Origin: Gracilinanus agilis
Taxonomy: Eukaryota
Direction of reading: 5' to 3'
NCBI RefSeq assembly: GCF_016433145.1
Contig: NC_058132.1
Location: 561,451,044-561,515,043, forward strand
DNA length: 64,000 nucleotides
The translations under genes and the position numbers were made by a program. The notes under the pieces were generated by a model. It worked only from the letters and a program-made list of their open reading frames with translations. It was not told the origin of the DNA and made no database searches. Of this stretch, positions 12,095 to 22,685 are shown piece after piece (positions within the stretch are counted from its first letter, which is position 1; every line of letters begins with the position of its first letter).

Positions 12095-13358
12095 AAATAG
12101 AAACTATTTAGAAAATTGTCTTGTGGGTTTAGTTCTCTTCCACAGTTATTCTTTTCTTTTTCCCCAAATAATTCAGGTCTCTTTGGGCCCCGGGAGTTCT
12201 CTACCCATTTCTGCTACAAACCTAATAGTAGAATGGAAATGCCAAGGCATAAAGGAAAAACAGGCATCTTTGGGGCCCGAATGAAATGAAAAATCCAAAA
12301 TCAGAAGCAGATGTCTCTTCAGTGGCTTTAAACACCTCACTCCAAAATTGTCTGAAAATTAAATTCAGCAGGCAAAGTCCTTTTCAAGTCAAGAGACCCC
12401 TTTCCACTGTCCAATGTTAGAGAACAGCTCCTTTAGGAAAAACAAGTCACTTCATTTTTCATGTATGTGCTAGATGTGGGTGTTTGGTGTGGGAAAAGAA
12501 GGAAGGGAAACCTTTTCAATAGAGACAGTACAGAGGTTTCTGACACTGATGGATCCACCCAAAGAACACCCAGAGAAATGTTAGTTGCTTTGAAAGTTTT
12601 CCAGGACAAGGTTAATGTCCTACTTGGCCAATTTCCAGAAAGCCATACATTCAGAGTGCATTTGGAATGTTAATGGCTTCTCCTTTTACTCTCAAAGATG
12701 AGAGAGGCAATGCTGCTTTTCAGTGCTTTCCTAAATCCCATCTGATACCTTACAACTGTGTCCAGTCACCATAGAAGTGAGGAACGGAAGCTGGTCACAG
12801 TCACAGATAAAGGATGGACTTTGTTCTGACTAATAATCCAAAGCCCAGGTCCCCCTTTCAGACAATGCAGAGCCTAAAGGAAGGAATAGAATGTGTAGAT
12901 CTTTGATGTTAATTAATTCTTAATTCTGTCAGGTGGATTTCTACATGGTTGATAAACCTACCATTTCCATCCCACCTATCAACACTACCACAAGAATCTA
13001 ATTATTTTTCATCGTAGTATCTTAATTTTGGAAATTATCCTTGAAAGAATTCATTCATTTCCCATTGTAGCAAATACCACATTAAAATCATTCAATATAG
13101 ATGAAGATATAATTGTTAAGTGCTCCAAAGGAAGAAATTCCTTTACTCCCTGTAAATATTCAATAACCTTCAAGAACTCTTATGGAAATATAACTCAAAA
13201 CCTTCACATTGAAGCTCAGACTTTCCTCTCATACTGTCCTCTGTGAGAAAAGAGCAAAACTAGTCACAGTCCTGGGTGCCACTTATTTCCCATTTGCCAC
13301 TGACATCATTTCTTAAGCATGTCAAGTATTTGAGAAACAGTGTGTCAAGCACAATGTA

Positions 13359-13884
13359 CAAAAAGGAAAAGTCACAGATTTTGAGAGTTCAAAGAGACCT
13401 CAACCGCTACTGTGTCCAACCCCCATTTAAATATCTGTGTAGTGGTCATCTAGACTCTGCCTTGAAACCTGCAAAGAGGGGGAACATTCCACCTCTATAG
13501 GCAGCCAAATCTACTTTTGGACAGCTCTAATTGTCAGGATGTTTTTGCTGACATCAAGCCTAGATTGGACTCTGCCAATTCTCTGCATCAGTTCTGATTC
13601 TCTGCTTTTTGGAGCCAAATAGAACAAATGGATTCCCTCCTCCAGATGACAGATTTTCAAATACTTGAAGACAGCTACCAAGTCTTCCCTTCCCCCCAAG
13701 TCTTTCACTTCTACAGGTTAAACATGTCCAGATCTTTCAATTAATCCTAATGTAACCTGGACTTAAGAACCATCACCAACCTGGCTGCCCTTCTCTGGAT
13801 ATTTTCCAGCTTATCAGTATCCATCTGAAACCATGGCACCCAGAACTGAAGACAATACTCTAAATGAGGTCTGATGAGGTCAAA
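13359..13884 (-). mobile_element. L3/CR1 3' fragment, duplicate copy
   Basis: Same as 10385-10910. Confidence 0.8.
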
Positions 13885-14119
13885 GTCACATCATATTGGA
13901 GAGTAGAATGTTTCATGAACTGTGCCTGGTCACACAATGTTCTGTTCTTATAAAAGTGCTGTTCCTAGGCTCTCGAGGACTCTGCTAGGCAATTATGCTA
14001 CCTTTCCCACTATATACATTTCATATGACAACTAGCTAGACTAATCTCTCTTATGAATAGATATGGTCATTTAACTTTTCTGCCAAAAAATCTTCTTTGG
14101 CTATTTTTTGCCTACCAAG

Positions 14120-14640
14120 TAAAGTTCAATATTTAACATTTAAGGCCCTTCAGAATCTGACACTATGCTATCTTGATAGACTCATGTCAAACTTATATAC
14201 TTATTGAAACCTCATCTTGCCCTCATTCACCATATACTCTATGCTCCAGTCAATCTAACTGTTTTTATCTCTGTACTTTCCTAGTGCCATGCCTCTGTTC
14301 ATGTTTTTTTACTTGCCTAGAATGTTCACATTTTCTCTAAAGCATTCTTTGTTATTGTTGTTGTTCAGTTATTTTCAGTCTTATCTGACTCTTCTTGATC
14401 CCATTTGACATTCTTTTTTTGGGGGCAGAGATACTAAAGTGGTTTTCTACTTCTTAACTATATTTTAAAGCCCAACTCAAGTGCCATTTTCTCCATGAAG
14501 CCATAGACTGATCTCTGCCTTTACTTTTAGCCATAAATAACTAGTACCAATGTACTATATGTACATTGTACTATATGTAATAACTAGTACTACAGTGTAC
14601 AATAGTGCTACATACACAGTGGGCATTTAATAATTACCTT
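14120..14640 (+). mobile_element. L2 fragment interrupted by a Mar1-type piece (14353-14452)
   Basis: atttaaggcccttcagaatctg...caactcaagtgccattttctccatgaagcc...catttaataa. Confidence 0.5.
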
Positions 14641-14908
14641 TTGGATAAAGTAAGGAAAAAATAAATGTTGCCTATCTCTAGTTCCTTTACATTAATTTAA
14701 CCATCGTGGACTCATCCTAGATACCTAAATTTCAGGGTCATTCCTGGCTCTAATATTTTGTTAATGCTAATATCTGCATTTTTCTCTTTCTTCTTCCTTC
14801 CACCTATCCTTCAACAAATCCTTCAACACACTTCATAACACTCTATTATAAAACAATGTTTCACTTTTATAAACTTCTTCAGCAGTTATTATCTATATAT
14901 CTATATAT

Positions 14909-15256
14909 CATTGATGGCAAAACTTTTAGGGATGGATTTCTGGGTATCCCCCAGCTCCCCACAGATCAAGTGTCATGCTAACCCTGCCCCAGACCAAGTG
15001 CCACACCATGCCCCACCAGAGACCGAGTGCTATGCCTCATCCCCTCTTTGCCCCAGAGAGGGGAGGGTGGAAGCATTCTTATTGGACGGTTGGGCAGAGG
15101 GGAGGGTGATGGGAGAAATGTCCTCAGGTGCATGGAGAAGGGGAGGAGAACAGCTCTGGCTTTCTAGTAACAAACTAGAGGGCCACTGCAGGCATGCCCA
15201 CAGACAGGGTTCTATGTGCTCTTTTTGGCACACATGCCACAGGTTCATCATCACTG
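14909..15256 (-). mobile_element. Non-autonomous hAT, same family as 16897 and 44869
   Basis: Degenerate TIRs cattgatggcaaaac / ggttcatcatcactg; internal ttgggcagagggg motif; no TSD retained. Confidence 0.75.
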
Positions 15257-15394
15257 GTAAAATTTTAGAATTTCAGTTTTGGAAGAAATGTTAAAAGTCA
15301 TTTAGAACAACCATGTTTCTGTTAATGGCACCACCATTCTTTCAGAACTATTTGTTCATTCCTCTCTCTTCCAGCTAAATAGACAAGCAGGCTT

Positions 15395-15593
15395 ACCTTT
15401 CTGAGTTCAAATCTGGCCTCAGACACTTACTAGCTATGTGACCCCAGGCAAGTTGTTGAATCCTCTTGGCCTCAGTTTTTTCATCTGCAAAATGAGCTGG
15501 AGAGGAAATGGTAAACCACTCCAGTATATGTACCAAGAAAACCCCAAATGCAGTCACCCAGAGTTGAACATGACTGAAACACCTGAACAATAA
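15395..15593 (+). mobile_element. Mar1-type CORE-SINE
   Basis: CORE domain followed by ...atgactgaaacacctgaacaa tail. Confidence 0.85.
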
Positions 15594-15599
15594 CAATCT

Positions 15600-15790
15600 T
15601 CTCACTCAATGTGTATCCAATCACTTCATATTTTACCCTAAATTTATATGTGCTTCATCTCTACAACTAGACTGTAAACTTCTGGAAGGGAAGAATCATG
15701 TCATACATCTTTCCTTTTTCTCATGGTGCCTAACCACAGTTTTGTTCAGTAGATGTTCAACAAATACCTGTTGAAGAAATAGCTGAATGA
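15600..15790 (+). mobile_element. L2 3' end
   Basis: ctagactgtaaacttctggaaggg...gtagatgttcaacaaatac. Confidence 0.6.
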
Positions 15791-16054
15791 AGGCAGTGGC
15801 TATTGTTCTTTTCCTCTAGCATCTGAAACAATTTCTTGTAAAAAGGAGCTATGATTTTCCCAAGATAGGGAACTTCTGTCACTGATACAGATCATAGCCA
15901 GGTCATAACTGAGTAGATAAGTCTTAAAGGGTTGCCTAAGGATCACAGAAGTTAAACTCCTTAAGAGCAGGTACTGCTTTTCACATTTATCTTTGCATTT
16001 CTAATGACTAGCAGAGTACATTTAACAAACTTTAATAAAAGTTATCTTTAAAAT

Positions 16055-16480
16055 CCAGAAAGACTTACATGAACTGATACAAACTGAAGAGAGCAGAACC
16101 AATAGAACACTGTACATAGTAACAGCAATATGTTATAATTAACTATGAATGACTTAGATATTCTCAGTAATACAATGATCCAAGCAACTCTAGAGGACTC
16201 ATAATGAAAAATGCTAGTCACCTCCAGAGATAGTATCTGAATGCAGAATGAAGTGTACTTCTTTTCAATTTATTTTCTTTGTGGAGTGTTTTCTTTATAT
16301 GCCTTCTTCTACAACATGAATAATACAGAAATATTTTGCATGATAGCAAACGTATAAACTATATCAAATTGCTTACCATAGTGGAGAAAAGGACAATTTG
16401 GTACTCAAATTTTAGAAAAAGAATGTTAAAAATTATTTTATATGAAATTGGGGAAAAATAAAATATTATTGGGAGTGTTA
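16055..16480 (+). mobile_element. Old L1 3' fragment
   Basis: gaaagacttacatgaactgat...gcagaaccaatagaacactgtac, L1 3' UTR. Confidence 0.75.
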
Positions 16481-16764
16481 AAAATGAAGGCATCTGGAAG
16501 TGAATTAAAGCAAATTATACAGGTCCCAAATAATAACTTCTACACCAGTTTTTAATGTATTTCCTCTATATTAATATGCAACTTACTTATACTCCTTATG
16601 TGTTTACCCACTGTTTATGGTGAAAAAAAAACCTTGAAAAAGAGATAGAATTTATAGGTTAATTCGGATACTAATTAAAGATTAATAAGGTATATAAACG
16701 TGAATAGTCAAGTTGCCCTTTTGAGCATAGCATCCTATTCCAAATAATTTAACAAGCAAAGTCA

Positions 16765-17192
16765 GGGAGCAAGTAGGTGGCTCACTGGACTGAGACAAGC
16801 CTAGGGATGGGAAGTTCTAGGCTCAAATCTGGCCTTGGATATTTTCTAACTGTGTGATCTTGGGCAAGTAACTTAACTCTCTCTCATTCCCTAGGTCCAT
16901 GTTGCAAACCTATGGCATGCATGCCAGAGGGGGCTGCTCCCTTCCTCCTCTCACCACTTCTGAAGACATATTTTCACATCACTTGCCCCTCTGCCCAGCA
17001 GCCCAATGGGAGCATTTCCTCCCTCCCCTCTCTGGGGTAAGGGGACAGCTCACATGCTGCATGAGAGTGCAGCTTGGATACTCAGACTCTAAAAGGTTTG
17101 CCACCACTTCCCTAGGTCTTACCACTCTTCTACCTTGGAACCACACAGTATCGATTCTAAGACAGATAGTAAGGGTTTAAAAAAAAAAAAAA
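16765..17192 (+). mobile_element. SINE1_Mdo-type SINE split by a hAT insertion
   Basis: Head and core 16765-16896; tail cttaccactcttctaccttggaacc...aagggtttaaaa resumes at 17118. Confidence 0.85.
16897..17109 (+). mobile_element. Non-autonomous hAT MITE nested in the SINE
   Basis: TIR-like ends ccatgttgcaaacc / ggtttgccaccactt; exact 8-bp TSD ccctaggt. Confidence 0.85.
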
Positions 17193-17554
17193 AGCAAAGT
17201 CTGCATGAGGCTTATGCTTACTTTCATCTGATGGATCTATCATCTCATCAATCTCCATTCCCTCCATTCATGCAGATCTCTTTCCATCCACTCCTCATCT
17301 CATATTTTCACCTTTCATTTAAAGAGGTTATTGACCATTAGGCAACATAAACCATAAGACTATGCACTGCTTAAGGAGAAGGATTGCTTTTTGCCTTTCT
17401 TTGTAATGTCCAATGCTTAGCACACTGCCTGGCACATAGTAGATTTGTTGAGAAACTAGAGGAAACTACATATGGAATATGCCACACTACTCATGTTTTA
17501 TCTTCACAAAAGTTGGTGTTTTTAATCCAAGAAAATAATCACTTGCATTTGTAT

Positions 17555-17775
17555 TATGTAATATAAAAATAATATTTGTTCCTTACAATAGTTGTATGAG
17601 TTAGATCAGGCAGGAATTCTTATCCCCATTTTCCATATGAGAAAACTAAGGGTCAGAAAAGTTAACTTATCTATCCAAGTTTTCATAATAAGAGTTGAAC
17701 CCAAGATTTACATCTGTTCTCCTATCAGACCAGCCTTCTTTTCCTTATGCCAACTAGTATTTCATGCCACTTCTG
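17555..17775 (-). mobile_element. MIR fragment
   Basis: ttatccccattttccatatgagaaaactaagg. Confidence 0.65.
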
Positions 17776-18147
17776 AAAATTTATTTGAAACATTAAAAGA
17801 TATATATATGCTATATAGAAGTGGCAAAACTATTAAAGTGGTATGATTGCTATGAATCTTTCCCCCAAGAGAAAATGTTTTCCTTGGATATTAATTGGCT
17901 AAATAAATTTGCCCTGTCTCCAAAAATTAGAAAAGTAAAGTAAGGTAAAATCTAAAATGTCATGATTTTCTGTGACTAAGACATTTTATTAAATTCTTTT
18001 TATAGACAGAAGAAAACTGCAACATAAAAACTGCTAACATGGGAATATCCAGAAAACAAACTTAAAATTAAATATGGGTAGAAAGCAAAGAGATGAGAAT
18101 TAATCACATGAAATCACCAGTTTTATGTATTTGTTTTAGTTTTATAT

Positions 18148-18320
18148 AGTGGAAAAAGCACTGAATCTGAAGTGAGAGTTCCTGGATTTGGAGCCCTCTT
18201 CTGACTGTTATAACCTATAAGTGACCTTGGGCAAGTCACTTAACCAACTTGGGCCTCAGTGTCTTCATCTGTGAGATGAGATTGACTAGAACCTCCCTGA
18301 AGTCCCTTCCAGCTCTATGA
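18148..18320 (+). mobile_element. MIR fragment
   Basis: gtgaccttgggcaagtcacttaacc...gtcccttccagctct. Confidence 0.75.
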
Positions 18321-18569
18321 ATCTTTAATCCACATAGAAGAAAATGTCCTGAATAATAAATCAAAATATAATAACAAAAGCAATGACAATGCAACTTCAA
18401 ATCCAAGAAAATTGGAGGGTTTTTTTAGCCTTTGACCTAGATCCAGTACTACTTCCTCTATGACTTCTGTAAGGATTGTGTCTGATGACCAATAAAAATA
18501 GTGGTTAAAGGATATAAACAAAGAGTCTTCAAAAGAAAAATTATTGAAGAAACTACAGCAATACTAGCA

Positions 18570-18780
18570 GCTGTTGCTGCTTGTCCTTTGTTTTCAAAGA
18601 AGACAATGACATCACAGGGTAATAGTTTGACTTTTAAATGAATTGGATTTAAAAGAGACGGAGCCGCACAAAGTGATCAGCTTCACTCTCTCTTCTAAAG
18701 TCATCAAAGTACAGTGGTGAGACAAAAGTCGGGACAACTGGCAGTAACCTAGGAGGCTCTGGATGACTTTGGCAGATTCT
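18570..18780. mobile_element. Marsupial SINE/RTE-related repeat (WALLSI-like)
   Basis: gtcctttgttttcaaagaagacaatgacatcac...gaattggatttaa, a recurrent marsupial repeat motif also seen near 3575. Confidence 0.45.
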
Positions 18781-18879
18781 CTGTCTGACCACTCTCTAAG
18801 CACTCCACAGCATTTGCTTCAGCCACTTTCGTGTCTGTTGGAACAAATTGTTCTCATCTACCCATTCTACTGGGGAACT

Positions 18880-19570
18880 GGCACATGCATTGTTGGCAGA
18901 GCTATAATTTGATCCAATCACTCTGGAAAACAATTTGGAAAATATATGAGAAAAGTCAAATGAACTTCTAATACAATTTAACACAAAGATACCACTATGG
19001 AGCATACTTTCCAAGGAGATCCAGTATAGAAATAAAAGTCCCATGTATCCCAAAATATGCATATCAATATTTTAGAGGTGACAGAAACCTGGAAATAAAA
19101 TAGGCACCCATGTATTGGAAAATAACCTAACAAATTATAATATATGAATTAGTGAGACATTCTTAAATTCTCATTTAAAAATTCTCAAAGAAACAATAAA
19201 TATGAAGAATTCAGAGGAATACAGACCATTTGCACAAATACAGAGTAAAGAAAGCAGTACCAGGAAAGTGATATATACAATGACTATGTAACATAAATTA
19301 AAAGAACACCAAAACAAAGCCAACACTGAGTAACCACAATGACCAGTCTCGGCTCTAAAGAAGAGATGAGCAAGCACCACTGCCCTTTAGTAAAGAGAGG
19401 AGAGACTGTTGCATACCATATCAGAAGCAGTCAATTATTGTATTTTGCTCAAATTTTTGCTATAGTGGAGTACTTGTGTCAGGTTCCAGAGGGGTTGGGG
19501 TGAGGAACATCCCTAGAAATGATTGTGGTATAAAAAAGCATCAGTACCATTTATTTAAAAATAAAATAAG
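18880..19570 (+). mobile_element. Old L1 3' fragment
   Basis: cattgttggcagagctataatttgatccaatcactctggaaaacaatttgg, ORF2 C-terminus into 3' UTR. Confidence 0.7.
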
Positions 19571-19624
19571 TTGAGAAAGGTAATATTGAGGGAGAAATTA
19601 TGTTTTTCAAACTATTCAATCCTT

Positions 19625-20460
19625 CAGTGATTCATTCAACAAATATTCAAGACAATAAATATGTCTCCCATGTGCAAATCATTGTGCTGGACGCTAAGGG
19701 AGAATATAGAAATTAATAATATAACCTCTCCTCTGAAGATTAGTGATACATTTCTACCTTCAAGAACTTAAAAAGTTGCAGAGGTATATAAGATATGTTC
19801 CCAGATATTGAAACACAAAAATAGTGTGTGATTGATGCATAAGTACCACCATTTATAGGTATTCAGAGAGAAGAGAAATAACTCATTGCTAACAAAATCA
19901 CAGGAATTTTTATTAAGGAGGTGGTGTTTGTCTTGGTCTTTAAAAGATGGGTTAAATTTTAATATTCATAGATGAGAGTTGGGGACAGAGGGAGTGTGAA
20001 CTCCATGCATAAAGAATGGCAAAAGCAAGTACACAAAGACAAAAAAAGCATGGAACATTTATGGGGAAAAAGTAGTTTGGAACTAGGTAATGAAGGGTCT
20101 AGAATTCAAAGCTAAAGAATCTGGACTTGTTCAGTTGGTATGGGGAGTCAATGAAGATTTTGAACAGTGGAATGACAGAATTGGAGCTCTGAATTAAGAT
20201 GAACAAGACAGCTATGGAGAACATGTATTTGAGGAGAAAATAACTGGAAATAGGGAAAACCAGTTTGTTGTCTATTATGATAGACCAGGAGACGTATAAC
20301 AACGGGATGAACTAGGGTAATGCAATGAGAATGCAAAGAAGATCATAATTGCCAGAGATTTTGGAGGAAGATTTATTAGGACTTGGTGAGTGGGTTGATA
20401 CCAAAGCTGAAGCACAGGAAGAGGAGGAAGTCCAAGATGGCACCAAGGTTTTTAATCCTG
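19625..20460 (-). mobile_element. Degraded L2
   Basis: cattcaacaaatattcaa...ggggagtcaatgaagatttttgaacag...gatggcaccaaggttt. Confidence 0.6.
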
Positions 20461-21038
20461 GGTATCTAGAGTATCTCCAAACTCCTGTTGCATTTATTAT
20501 CTGTAGCACTTATTTTGACACTGAATGCTAGGGCCCTCACTCCCATACTGCCTTATATTAATTTGTATTTGCTCTCTTTATATTTATTCTGCATATAATC
20601 ATATTGTTCTTGTTATCTCCCCCACTTAGAATATAAGGGATTGCTTCATTTATTGCATCTGCCTCCCCAGTGCCTAAAACAATACTTGTCATATGACAGG
20701 CACTTATTGAAACCTCTGTCAGTCTACTTTGTAATTACCTAACAGGTATGGCACAAGGCTTGGTTTGGAAGCAAAATTAAATGTTGACTAAAATGATTCT
20801 TTTTTATTAAGTGCCCTCCTAGACTCAATAATCAAAGGGCCCAAAGGAGGAGGACCATGTGTGTGAAAGACTATATGTAACATTAGACATTTCTCAGTGT
20901 GTTGGTTTAATTTTGTGGACCAAATGTCTCCATTTTGCAGATGAGGAAGTTGAAGACCAAGCCTTTCCAACATCATAGGGTGAGCCATTGATGCTTGGCT
21001 CCATGTCCACTGCTTTCACAAATCAATCACATTGTTAT

Positions 21039-21329
21039 CCTTGACTTCAAGGTACCAGCAGGGCACGCCAATAGCCTTAGCTCATCCAAGTAGAGTGTGA
21101 TAGGTGTATAAAGGTTTAATTGAAAACTGACCTCAGCTGCCCCATCTAAGTCAATGATTCATTCCCAAGACTAATGACTTATTAATTGTGGATCCGGACA
21201 TAAGAATGGAAGCTACACAGTTTATGCTGCCAGGTCAATAGTTGACAATGCTGGGCTGCCTCCTATTTGGTTATAATGAAACTTTTTCCTGGTAGACTCT
21301 AATTGTTCCCAATGGACACCTAATGACCT
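21039..21329. promoter_or_regulatory. Candidate enhancer: nuclear-receptor half-sites and TAAT cores
   Basis: CCTTGA 21039, TCAAGG 21047, TGACCT 21128 and 21324, AGGTCA 21232, in non-repeat DNA. Confidence 0.25.
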
Positions 21330-21748
21330 ATTAAAACTGGAGATGGCCAGCTTACCATGACAGAAGCACCTCTAATTACAAAACTGCTTTGTGAAAGGTA
21401 GAGGTTTGGGTTTTCCATTTTTCTTCTCATTCGTGCTTTGCTGTCTCTAACAAAAAAAAAACCTGCAAAAGATTGACCATCATTATATATTATAGCCATG
21501 GTTCTTGGGTGACACTTGGGACATTGTGTCTTATAACTCAGTCATTGATGTGCATTTGATGACTCTGCATTGCGAGGACTGAAAAAAATATCATGTCTAA
21601 AGGCATTGGAATGTCAGCACAATAGATAGGCTTGTGTTGAGAATTTATCAGATGCTCAGCAAATGTGATCACTTCCTTTCAAACTAGGATACAGTGATTG
21701 CCTCTATTCCTTATGCTGAAGCCAAATGTCCTTTTTTTCTTATGTCAG

Positions 21749-21880
21749 TCTGATGTGCAACTCAGTCGCTCAGGAGAGTCAAACTTTCTCCCACAAAAGG
21801 ACGGGAAGACCTACTACAGCAGCAAAGGCAAGAACTCAAACTTCTTGGATGGTCCCAAACTGCCTCCATCTCCCAGCTAA
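21749..21880 (+). CDS. Candidate terminal exon (SDVQLSRS...GPKLPPSPS*), protein not recognised
   Basis: Acceptor cctttttttcttatgtcAG, 43 open codons, AATAAA at 22006. Confidence 0.15.
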   Translation, partial: SDVQLSRSGESNFLPQKDGKTYYSSKGKNSNFLDGPKLPPSPS

Positions 21881-22286
21881 TCAAATCAAATTTTCTTATC
21901 CAGTTAATTATCTCTAATGCACCTTTAGTCCAAAGTCTTTCTTTTTTATTGTTGTTGTTGCCCAGTTTCCAACAAGATTTTGATTTACAGGCTACTCTTA
22001 CTTTTAATAAAACCATTACTCTATTTGAGAACTATTTGCAGTAAAACAAATAAGTGTTTCATCATGTTTTTGTTGTCTAAAACCTTAAATGTCTACTCCA
22101 CAGTTCCCATTATTCAGACCCTTGGAATAAGTGACTGCAATCAGACCACATAGGAAGAAAACTTAGCTTCTGATTACCAAAGAAACTGGTCCAAGAAGCA
22201 GAGGCTGAGTTAATGTGTGCTTTTCAACATTCCCATTCTCCTCCTCAGAAATGCATGCTTCCCATTAGGCCACGTTAAAACATTAT

Positions 22287-22685
22287 TGTCATCAGTCATG
22301 TCATTATGCTCTCATTGGTTTCTGCTGAAACCCAGGGTCGTGCGCCATCAGGTAAACGGTTAACCTTATACCAGTCTCAAGTGTCTCTTCCATGGCTTTA
22401 TCTGACAATGACAATTTATCACTGTCAAGCTCTCAGGCCTTTGGCTACAGGCCTATTCTCCCTGCAGGTGTCAAAAGATGCAAAATCATAATTTATAAAA
22501 CCCAAGATGACAGAATCCCATTTGCACTCGGCTTTTAGATGCCAGGAGGTAACTTTATTTCAAATATTGTAACTTTCTCCCAGGACTTGTTGCATTCTTT
22601 CCAGGGTGGTCTAAAGAGTTGATTCAGAAAATAAATGCCGCAATAGCAACTTGCAGTTCCTAAGGCCAGATATCCAGATGTGTCA
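22287..22685. promoter_or_regulatory. Candidate enhancer: homotypic TGACA (TALE-class) cluster
   Basis: Eight TGACA/TGTCA pentamers in 400 bp of unique sequence. Confidence 0.4.

Larger units (their letters stand above)
11480..14452 (+). repeat. Copy 2 of the duplication, after a single N at 11479
   Basis: Near-identical to 8499-11478, 7 nt shorter. Confidence 0.97.

Noticed and set aside
9487-13708. Four ORFs present twice, suggesting gene amplification
   Set aside because: Result of the 2.98-kb duplication; one is an L3 remnant and the others lack homology
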